A DNA stretch of 64,000 nt from an uncultured Pelagibacteraceae bacterium (lineage in GTDB: Bacteria > Pseudomonadota > Alphaproteobacteria > Pelagibacterales > Pelagibacteraceae), in NCBI GenBank assembly GCA_902631535.1, contig CACOYX010000002.1, positions 39,570-103,569 of the forward strand, given 5' to 3'. Under the pieces are notes generated by a model. That model saw only the letters and a list, made by a program, of their open reading frames with translations, did not search any database and had not been told where the DNA came from. Made by a program: the position numbers and the translations under genes. Of the stretch, positions 21,193-29,247 are shown one piece after another (positions within the stretch are counted from its first letter, which is position 1; the number at the start of each line of letters is the position of its first letter).

Positions 21193-23637
21193 TTAAGCGA
21201 CTAATTCCTCCGCTTTTTGTAAATCAACCGAAACAAGCTGGCTTACACCTTGTTCGGCCATAGTAACTCCATACAATCTATGCATTCGAGACATTGTTAG
21301 AGCGTGGTGAGTAATAATAATAAACTTTGTTTTCGTTATTTTCGCAAGTTCGTCTAACAAAGCACAAAATCTTGTAACATTAGCATCATCCAGAGGAGCA
21401 TCAACTTCGTCTAAAACACAAATTGGGGAGGGATTTACTAAAAATACTGCGAATATCAAAGATAATGCTGTTAATGCTTGTTCTCCACCAGATAAAAGTG
21501 TGATCGACTGCAATCTTTTTCCTGGAGGAGAGACGTACATTTCTAAACCAGCTTCAAGCGGATCATCCGAGTCCACAAGCTCAATTTTTGCATTTCCTCC
21601 ATTAAATAATTTTGTATAAACTTCATTAAATTTTCTATTAACTTTTGTGAATGCTTCAAGTAGTCGTTCTCTACCTTTTTGATTTAATTCATCGATACTC
21701 GTTTTTAATTTGACTATTGCAGAGAATAAGTCAGCTCTATCATCTTCCATTTTTTTAATTTCTGATTGGTATTTTTTCGTTTCCTCATCTGCCCTTAGAT
21801 TAACCGATCCAAGTGACTCTCTTATTTTTTTAACTTTTTCAACTTTTTGAGCCTGACTATCTAATGATGGAAGTTCGTCTGGTGAAACATTGTTTAAATC
21901 TGATTGAGACAAAATAGTCTCCTCGTTATCAATATTGAGTTCACTTTTCACAGAATACAACAGATCTTTTTTTCTATTCTCAATACCTTCTATAGTTGCC
22001 TCGTTTCTAGCTTTATTTTCTTTAAGTTCAGAGAGTTTTTGTTGTATCTCTTTTATGTTTTGATTAATTGCATTATATTTCTTTTCAGACTCTATAAGTT
22101 CCTTTTCAATTTCTTCATTTCTTTTTTTAGTATTTTCTAAGTTTTGTAGATACTGTCCTTTTGAAGTCGCTATTCGCTCAGGGTTTTTTTGATTTTCGCT
22201 TAATTCAATTAAAATTTTATCTTTCCTTTTTGATAATTCTGAGGTCATTTTTTCTGAGTTGGAGCTTAAGTTTCTCCAGTTTTCTAATTCCACATCAATA
22301 TTTTTTATTCTCTCTTTTCTTTTAATAGAGTCACTTTGTATGGACTTATCTTTTCCAAATTTTTCTGCATATTCTTCTTGAGATGAAGTAATACTTTTTA
22401 CTAACTCTCTTAATTCTTTAAATGTTTTTTTTGAAAGTTTTTTATCATTATCAATGTCCTTCTCTATTTGATCTAGCATCGTATTAAGGTCTGTTTGCAA
22501 ATTATCCAATCTAGTCTTGGACCTTTTTAATTCTTTAGATGAACTTGTTTCTACGTCTAATAATTTATTTTCTGTTTTTAAAAGTTCCTCTTTTTCTTTA
22601 GAAATTCTTTTTTCATTTAGGTCAGCGTCTAGTGAGATACTTTTTTCTCTTTCAAGATCCGACTCAATTGTTTTTATAGATTTTTCTAACTTTTCTTGTA
22701 ATGATTTTACTCGTGCTTCTTCATCAACTAAATTTGACATATCTATATTTAGCTTTTGTAAACTTGCAGCACTTTCCATCTTTCTATCTCTAAGCGGAGC
22801 TAGTTTTTTAGCTTCTTCTTCCAAAAGGGTGTTGTTATGATTAAAATCTATATTTATTGCACTAATTTCATCATCTTGCTCACTTAGTTTTTCGACAATC
22901 TTTTTTTTATCTTTTTCAATTTCTCTTATTTTTAAATAATACAAACCAGCTTCAACACTTTTTATTTCTCTTGAAATCTCTTTATATCTCGTTGCCTCTT
23001 CAGCTTGTTTTTTTAAATTATCAAGCTGTTTTTGTTGCTGTTTTTTTAATTCATCAGCTCTTTTTAAATTATTTTCTGCTGCGTTAAGTCTTGTTTCTGC
23101 TTCTTGTCTTCTTGCGTGAATACCTGAAATTCCCGCAGCTTCTTCGAGAATAGCTTTTCTTTCAATTGGTTTTGCAGTCACAAGTTGACCAATTCGCCCT
23201 TGACTAATAAGTGATGGAGAATGAGCTCCAGTTGAGAGATCTGCAAAGAAAGTTTGAACATCTCTAGCTCTCACTTCCTTATCATTAATGAAATACTTTG
23301 AACCTTTATCCTTTTCAATTTTTCTTTTTACAGATATCTCATCAAACTCTTTGTATTGTGCTGGACCCTCTTTATTTTGGTTATCAAGCAGTATAGCAAC
23401 CTCAGAAATGTTTTTTGAAGATCTATTTGAAGTACCTGAAAATATTACATCTTCCATTCCGGAGCCTCGCATGCTTTTTGCAGAATTTTCTCCCATGCAC
23501 CATCTTAAAGACTCAACTATATTTGATTTACCACAACCGTTTGGTCCGACTACGCCTGTCAAACCATCTTCAATTAAGAATGTCGTCTTTTCAGAAAATG
23601 ATTTGAAACCAGTGATATTAAGTTGTTTAAATTTCAT
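21193..23637 (-). CDS. smc: chromosome segregation protein SMC, unusually short (814 aa)
   Basis: GFKSF, Walker A GPNGCGKS, ISQG, LGSVNLRA, LSGGE, LDEVDAPLD, ITH; conserved position after dciA-dsbA. Confidence 0.93.
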   Translation of the reverse strand: MKFKQLNITGFKSFSEKTTFLIEDGLTGVVGPNGCGKSNIVESLRWCMGENSAKSMRGSGMEDVIFSGTSNRSSKNISEVAILLDNQNKEGPAQYKEFDEISVKRKIEKDKGSKYFINDKEVRARDVQTFFADLSTGAHSPSLISQGRIGQLVTAKPIERKAILEEAAGISGIHARRQEAETRLNAAENNLKRADELKKQQQKQLDNLKKQAEEATRYKEISREIKSVEAGLYYLKIREIEKDKKKIVEKLSEQDDEISAINIDFNHNNTLLEEEAKKLAPLRDRKMESAASLQKLNIDMSNLVDEEARVKSLQEKLEKSIKTIESDLEREKSISLDADLNEKRISKEKEELLKTENKLLDVETSSSKELKRSKTRLDNLQTDLNTMLDQIEKDIDNDKKLSKKTFKELRELVKSITSSQEEYAEKFGKDKSIQSDSIKRKERIKNIDVELENWRNLSSNSEKMTSELSKRKDKILIELSENQKNPERIATSKGQYLQNLENTKKRNEEIEKELIESEKKYNAINQNIKEIQQKLSELKENKARNEATIEGIENRKKDLLYSVKSELNIDNEETILSQSDLNNVSPDELPSLDSQAQKVEKVKKIRESLGSVNLRADEETKKYQSEIKKMEDDRADLFSAIVKLKTSIDELNQKGRERLLEAFTKVNRKFNEVYTKLFNGGNAKIELVDSDDPLEAGLEMYVSPPGKRLQSITLLSGGEQALTALSLIFAVFLVNPSPICVLDEVDAPLDDANVTRFCALLDELAKITKTKFIIITHHALTMSRMHRLYGVTMAEQGVSQLVSVDLQKAEELVA

Positions 23638-24225
23638 TTATAAATTTTTTTCAATTATCTTTTTAAATGTTTTATAATCGACTTTATTCGTATATTTTTT
23701 TTCATTCACAATGACCGTCGGAGTTGACTCAATCTTATATTTTTTTTGAGCATCAATTCTTTGATTAAGTATTTCATCTTGAGCTTCATTATCGTTTAAA
23801 CAAGAGTCCATTTTTTCTTCAGTCAAATCAAAATCTTTACCGATTTGTTTTATCAAAATATTAATTTTATCAATATCAGAACCAACAGCCCAACTTTTTT
23901 GTTTTTTATAAATTTCCTCTAAAAATTGAAATTTTTTTGTATTATCACTTTGACACCTAATAACTACTTCTGCATTAAGCGCTGCCAAATCCAATGGAAA
24001 TGCATGATGTTCGAATCTTACCAAACCTTTGTCTATATAATCTTTCTTTAAATCATTGAAAATTGAATTATGAAAATTAGCACAATGAGGACAGGTTAAT
24101 GAAGAAAAAACTTTTACTATTATCTTAGCTTCAGAACTTCCAATGCTCAATACTTTACTTTGTACGTGAAACGTAAAAGCAAAAAAATAAAAAACTATTA
24201 TTAAAAATTTATTAATTTCTTTCAT
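23638..24225 (-). CDS. DsbA-like thioredoxin-fold protein
   Basis: Signal peptide, SLTCPHCANFH, FPLD, STP cis-Pro loop. Confidence 0.9.
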   Translation of the reverse strand: MKEINKFLIIVFYFFAFTFHVQSKVLSIGSSEAKIIVKVFSSLTCPHCANFHNSIFNDLKKDYIDKGLVRFEHHAFPLDLAALNAEVVIRCQSDNTKKFQFLEEIYKKQKSWAVGSDIDKINILIKQIGKDFDLTEEKMDSCLNDNEAQDEILNQRIDAQKKYKIESTPTVIVNEKKYTNKVDYKTFKKIIEKNL

Positions 24226-24694
24226 GGAATGCCTTTAAAAAATTATTTAGAGAACTTTTGAGATTTTCATTTTTCACTTTTTTCATTTTTTCTTCAATCT
24301 TAGAAAAGTTTTTTATTTTTGGAAAAACTTTCGAGTTTTTTTTAATTGTATTTTGTTCAATTTTCAATGTGACATGACTAATGCAATTGTAGCCGAAGAA
24401 ACTATTGATTTTGTCTATTATCTCTTGTTTTTCATATTCTACCTCTAACTCTTTTCCATGAAGGACATTCAAAACCAAATTTCCATCCCTCATGTTTTTA
24501 CCCATTTTAACTGTGATTGGGTAACACGAGTCTGATATCTTTTTGCTTACCATCTTTGTCCAGTTGTCTACGATATTCGAATAATTATACCCACCTTTTC
24601 TTATGTGCTTTTTAAGTGTTTTAGGAATTGAACTTGAAAAAGGCCTAAGTCCTTGTATGAACGTTTGAGTTTTATTATTATTTTTATTATGCAT
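24212..24694 (-). CDS. dciA: DUF721/DciA family helicase-loading protein
   Basis: NW..MV, L.LNV, IIDKINSFFGY..I..V; typical position between mutY and dsbA-smc. Confidence 0.78.
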   Translation of the reverse strand: MHNKNNNKTQTFIQGLRPFSSSIPKTLKKHIRKGGYNYSNIVDNWTKMVSKKISDSCYPITVKMGKNMRDGNLVLNVLHGKELEVEYEKQEIIDKINSFFGYNCISHVTLKIEQNTIKKNSKVFPKIKNFSKIEEKMKKVKNENLKSSLNNFLKAFHERN

Positions 24695-25690
24695 TTAAGT
24701 TCAACTTTACCAAAAAAAATTCTAGCTTGGTATGATAATAGCAAGCGCAATTTGCCTTGGCGTGTTAGCAAAAAATCACCAAAAAAGCTTTATTACAGAC
24801 TTTTAAGTGAATTTATGTTGCAACAAACGCAAGTAAAGACGGTCATTCCTTATTTTAAAAAATTTACGAAAAAATATAAGACACTCGTGTCTCTTTCTAA
24901 AGCAAATGAAACTCAAATTTTAAAATTGTGGGAGGGTTTGGGTTACTATAGAAGAGCTAGAAATTTGTTAGCATCTGCAAAAATATTAGTAAAAGGACAC
25001 AATTCTAAGCTTCCAAATACTTTGAAAGAAATAAAAAAATTGCCAGGAGTTGGAGATTATACTGCTAACGCGCTGATGGGCTTTATTCACAATTATCCAA
25101 CAATAGCTATAGACGGTAATGTAAAAAGAGTATTCGCGAGATATCTAAACAAAAAAGAGACAAAGATAAATTTTGAAAAGTTGATAGATTCTAATAAAAA
25201 AAATCTTTTCATTACAAACAGAAACTCGGATTTTGTTGAAGCATTGATGGAATTTGGTGCTTTAATTTGTAAGCCAAAAGACCCAAAATGTAGTCAATGT
25301 TGTTTGAATAAAAGATGCAGGTATTTAAAATCGTCAAACAAGATCAAAAATGATAAAAGAAAAAAAACAAAAGTTATGAACTACAATATTTTTTGCTATG
25401 TAAGTAAAAAAAAACAGATAGCTTTAACAAAAGAGAATGAAATAAAATTTCTCAAAAATTTTAATTTACCATTAATAAAAGAAATGGAAAATAATTCAGT
25501 AAATAAAAATTGGAAATTTCTAAAAAATTATAAAAATTCCATCTCAAACTTAAGTCTAAATATTAATTTATATTACCAATTTTCAAATAAGATTCCAAAA
25601 TCATATAATTGGTATTCCTTAAAAAATAATAAAGAATTTATTCCTAGTTTCACTAAAAGAATATTTAACCAAGTTTCAACTTTATTCTAA
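24689..25690 (+). CDS. mutY: A/G-specific adenine glycosylase
   Basis: RNLPWR, SEFMLQQT, WEGLGYY, LPGVGDYTA, DGNV, CX6CX2CX5C; likely start ATG 24689. Confidence 0.93.
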   Translation: MHLSSTLPKKILAWYDNSKRNLPWRVSKKSPKKLYYRLLSEFMLQQTQVKTVIPYFKKFTKKYKTLVSLSKANETQILKLWEGLGYYRRARNLLASAKILVKGHNSKLPNTLKEIKKLPGVGDYTANALMGFIHNYPTIAIDGNVKRVFARYLNKKETKINFEKLIDSNKKNLFITNRNSDFVEALMEFGALICKPKDPKCSQCCLNKRCRYLKSSNKIKNDKRKKTKVMNYNIFCYVSKKKQIALTKENEIKFLKNFNLPLIKEMENNSVNKNWKFLKNYKNSISNLSLNINLYYQFSNKIPKSYNWYSLKNNKEFIPSFTKRIFNQVSTLF

Positions 25691-26823
25691 TGAAAAAGAA
25701 AATTGCAATAATTGGCGCTGGTATAGCAGGATTAACTTTAGCAAACTTAATTAAAAAATATACAGATCATGAATTTATGGTCTATGAAAGAGAGGAAAGC
25801 TTATCACTTGACGAAGGATATGGTATTCAATTAGCAACAAACGGTATAAAAATTTTAAATCAAATAAGTTTTGATAAAATTAATAATGAAAAAACTTTTC
25901 ACCCAAAAACAATAGATTTTTATAATATACAAAATGAGAAAATATGTGATTTAAATTTATCTAAGTTTAATAGCCCTGAATCAAAATACACTACACTTCA
26001 AAGATCTACTTTAATCGAATTTTTGAAAGAAGATATTTACACTCAGCATTTAAGGTTTGGAAAAAAAATGAAAGAAGTCTCTGAACTTAAAGATAAAGTT
26101 CTTATCAAATTTGATGACAACACAAATGACCTAGTAGATTTTGTTGTTGCTGCTGACGGAATATTTTCAAACGCTAGGTCATTTTTTGAAAAGAAAAAAA
26201 ATGAGCCAAGATTTAAAAAAGCTATTGCAGCAAGAGTAATATTAAATTCTAAATCTGAATTCGATATAAATGATGAAAATATAAGCTTAATGCTTGGGAG
26301 TAATAGTCATATTGTTCTTTACCCAATAAATAAAAAAAAAGAACTTAATATGGTTTGTATTATGAGATGTAAAAAATATGAACCTGATAATATCAAACAA
26401 CTGGTTCAAGAAATAGTTTTAAAACAAAACCCAAAATTAAAGAATATATTTGAGAATGAAATAAAAACATGGCCTTTGTATTTTACTCCAAAAATTATTC
26501 CTTCTTCTAATAAAAAGGTATTTTATATTGGAGATGCTTTTAATGGGTTTTTGCCAACACTCGCACAAGGTGCTGGACAGTCTATAGAAAGTGCTTTTGA
26601 AATATTTAATTTATTGACAAAAGATAAGCTTGATAAAGAAAATAACTATTTTGAAATTAGATCAAAAAGGGCAAAAATTATTAGAAGCAGATCAAATTTT
26701 AATTTCTTTGCATTTCACTTTTCAAATCCAGTTATGCAAAAAATTAGAAACATAATTTTAAAATTTTTAGTAAAGCGTAAATTTTTTGTAAAAAGATACT
26801 TAGGTAAAGTTTATAAGAACTAG
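25690..26823 (+). CDS. FAD-dependent aromatic monooxygenase (salicylate hydroxylase-like, group A)
   Basis: GAGIAGL, AADG, IGDA..P.LAQGAGQ.IE. Confidence 0.85.
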   Translation: MKKKIAIIGAGIAGLTLANLIKKYTDHEFMVYEREESLSLDEGYGIQLATNGIKILNQISFDKINNEKTFHPKTIDFYNIQNEKICDLNLSKFNSPESKYTTLQRSTLIEFLKEDIYTQHLRFGKKMKEVSELKDKVLIKFDDNTNDLVDFVVAADGIFSNARSFFEKKKNEPRFKKAIAARVILNSKSEFDINDENISLMLGSNSHIVLYPINKKKELNMVCIMRCKKYEPDNIKQLVQEIVLKQNPKLKNIFENEIKTWPLYFTPKIIPSSNKKVFYIGDAFNGFLPTLAQGAGQSIESAFEIFNLLTKDKLDKENNYFEIRSKRAKIIRSRSNFNFFAFHFSNPVMQKIRNIILKFLVKRKFFVKRYLGKVYKN

Positions 26824-27893
26824 GCTTTATTTTTAGTATTAAATTTTTGTCTTAAATTATCAATCACAACAGCGGATCCATTAATATTGCAATGCCAATA
26901 TGTCCAACCATTATAGCTTTCAGCTCCCATAATTGTTGCTGCTACTTTATGAATAGAACCTTCTGAATTTTTATATTTAATACTTCCATCAGCCATAATT
27001 TTAGCACTAATCTTCCTCTTTGGATCAAATAGGCTAGTACCAGGCTTTAATATTCCTAGTTCAACAAGAGAACCAAATGGTATTCTTGGTTTAGATTTAT
27101 TATTTTTAATAGTATCTAAATAGCTTTCTTCTATTGCTTTGGTCTTGTTTACTCGCTCGCAAGCAGCCTTGTAATATTTTTTATCTCTCTCAATACCAAA
27201 ATATTTTCTACCTAATTTTTTAGCAACCACTGCTGTTGTTCCAGTACCTAAAAATGGATCAAAGATGGAATCACCTTTATTTGTGGTAGCTAAAATAATT
27301 CTATGTAAAAGAGCCTCTGGTTTTTGTGTAGAATGAATTTTTTTTCCGTTTTTCTTTAGTCTTTCTTTTCCGTTGCAAATAGGTAATGTCCAGTCTGATC
27401 TCATCTGTAAGTCATCATTTAAGCATTTTAACGATTGATAATTAAACGTATATTTTGATTTTTTATTTTTTGAAGCCCAGACAAGAGTTTCATGTGCATT
27501 AGTAAATCTAGTTCCTCTAAAATTTGGCATAGGATTATTTTTTCTCCAGATAACATCGTTAAGCAACCAGTAATCTAAATTTTGTAAGTGATAACCCAGA
27601 CGAAAAATATTATGATAAGATCCTATTACCCAAATACTTCCATTATCTTTTAGAATTCTTTTACACTCACTAAGCCAAGCAATGCAGAATTCATCGTAAT
27701 GTTTGAAACTATTAAACTGATCCCACTTATCATTTACACCATTTACTCTACTTGAATCAGGTCGAGTTAACTTTTCACCAATCTGCATGTTGTAAGGTGG
27801 ATCAGCAAAAACTAAATCAAAAGACTTATCAGGAATTTTTTTTATTTCCTCTAAACAATCTCCATTAATAATTTGGTTTGAAAACTTTAACAT
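26820..27893 (-). CDS. ccrM: cell-cycle-regulated N6-adenine methyltransferase (GANTC)
   Basis: FADPPYN, NPMPNFRGTRFTNAHET, HSTQKPE, DPFLGTGTT, C-terminal GSIH..NGWTYW domain; no cognate nuclease adjacent. Confidence 0.95.
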   Translation of the reverse strand: MLKFSNQIINGDCLEEIKKIPDKSFDLVFADPPYNMQIGEKLTRPDSSRVNGVNDKWDQFNSFKHYDEFCIAWLSECKRILKDNGSIWVIGSYHNIFRLGYHLQNLDYWLLNDVIWRKNNPMPNFRGTRFTNAHETLVWASKNKKSKYTFNYQSLKCLNDDLQMRSDWTLPICNGKERLKKNGKKIHSTQKPEALLHRIILATTNKGDSIFDPFLGTGTTAVVAKKLGRKYFGIERDKKYYKAACERVNKTKAIEESYLDTIKNNKSKPRIPFGSLVELGILKPGTSLFDPKRKISAKIMADGSIKYKNSEGSIHKVAATIMGAESYNGWTYWHCNINGSAVVIDNLRQKFNTKNKA

Positions 27894-27897
27894 TTTT

Positions 27898-27922
27898 TGG
27901 ATTCAACCCGAAATTGAATCCA
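27898..27922. promoter_or_regulatory. inverted repeat with two GANTC sites in the ccrM leader
   Basis: TGGATTCAA-CCCGAAA-TTGAATCCA, perfect 9-bp arms each containing GANTC. Confidence 0.7.
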
Positions 27923-27971
27923 GGGTCAAACCCTTTTGATAAAAAAATGAGTCTTCTTGTGTTAGAGATTC

Positions 27972-28544
27972 TTAGTTCGACAATATCTTGTGTATGGGTT
28001 TGAAACCTTTTCTATGATGGGAAGTAATACCAAATTTATTTAGAGCTTCTAAATGAGCCTTTGTTCCATAACCAAAATTGCTTTCCCAAGCATAATTTGA
28101 AAATTCTTGTGAAAGCTTAATCATTAGATTGTCTCTGTAAACTTTTGCTATGATAGAAGCAGCGCTAATTACTTTTATTTTTTCATCACCATTAATAATA
28201 GTTTTATAATTCTTAAGTCCGTTCGGTGCAAAATTTCCGTCTATCAGTATTAAATCTGGTTTTACAGTCAGTTGCTCTAAAGCTCTTTTCATTGAAAGTA
28301 ATGATGCTTGTAAAATGTTTAAATCCAAAATTTCCTCTACAGATGCTAGACCGATAGCATAATGCGAATGGGATTTGATATGATCTGAAATTTTTAATCT
28401 TCTTTTAAAGCTTATTTTTTTGGAGTCTTTAAGAAGGTCTAGATTTATCCCTTCTTTTAGTATTACAGCTGCTGAAACTACTGGACCAGCAAGACATCCT
28501 CTACCAACTTCATCTATTCCGGCAGTAATAGTTTTTTTTTTCAC
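27972..28544 (-). CDS. rnhB: ribonuclease HII
   Basis: GIDEVGRGCLAGPV, DSKK, IDGN, AASIIAKVYRD, GYGT; GTG start. Confidence 0.97.
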   Translation of the reverse strand: MKKKTITAGIDEVGRGCLAGPVVSAAVILKEGINLDLLKDSKKISFKRRLKISDHIKSHSHYAIGLASVEEILDLNILQASLLSMKRALEQLTVKPDLILIDGNFAPNGLKNYKTIINGDEKIKVISAASIIAKVYRDNLMIKLSQEFSNYAWESNFGYGTKAHLEALNKFGITSHHRKGFKPIHKILSN

Positions 28545-28549
28545 TTTAA

Positions 28550-29239
28550 TCAGATTTTTTTGTCTCTAATCATTTTTAAGTCTATCCAAGCCATTTTCTT
28601 TTGAGCTGGTTGCCTCATCAAAAAAGCAGGATGAAACGTGATAATTACAGACGTTCTACAATTACCGAATTTTTTTTCAATCCATTTACCTCTCATTTTG
28701 GATATTACAACTTCATTCCCAATTAATGCATTCATTGCTGTACTACCAAGCAAAACCACAATTTTTGGATTTATAATTTCAATATGTTTGATTATGAATG
28801 GCAAATATCTTTTTACCTCCTCTTCTGTTGGCCTTCTGTTATCAGGTGGACGGTAATTTACTATATTTGAAATGTATACTTTTTTCCTATCTAGACTTAT
28901 TGCGGCTAACATTTTGTCTAGTAAAGCTCCAGCACGGCCTACAAATGGCAGTCCTTCCATATCCTCGTTAGCACCTGGAGCCTCACCAATCATCATAATT
29001 TTCGATTTAGGATTTCCATCACTGAAAACCATGTTTTTTGCATTTGTTTTTAAGCTACAATTTTTGATATCATTTATGGATTCTTTTAACCTTTCTAAAT
29101 TGCTAGCTTTATCAACCGAAACTTCAAAAGTGTCTTTTTTATATCTATTGATTGCCTTATTATTGTAAATTAAATTATGATTTATAAGATTATAATATTT
29201 TATTAATTTTATTAGATTAAGATTATTTTTTTTAATCAT
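28550..29239 (-). CDS. uracil-DNA glycosylase family 4
   Basis: IGEAPG..ED..G.PFVG, RPP.NR.P, FHPA.L.R. Confidence 0.92.
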   Translation of the reverse strand: MIKKNNLNLIKLIKYYNLINHNLIYNNKAINRYKKDTFEVSVDKASNLERLKESINDIKNCSLKTNAKNMVFSDGNPKSKIMMIGEAPGANEDMEGLPFVGRAGALLDKMLAAISLDRKKVYISNIVNYRPPDNRRPTEEEVKRYLPFIIKHIEIINPKIVVLLGSTAMNALIGNEVVISKMRGKWIEKKFGNCRTSVIITFHPAFLMRQPAQKKMAWIDLKMIRDKKI

Positions 29240-29247
29240 TAAATATT

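Noticed and set aside
26820-27893. Restriction-modification system
   Set aside because: No endonuclease neighbour; sequence and C-terminal domain match orphan CcrM.
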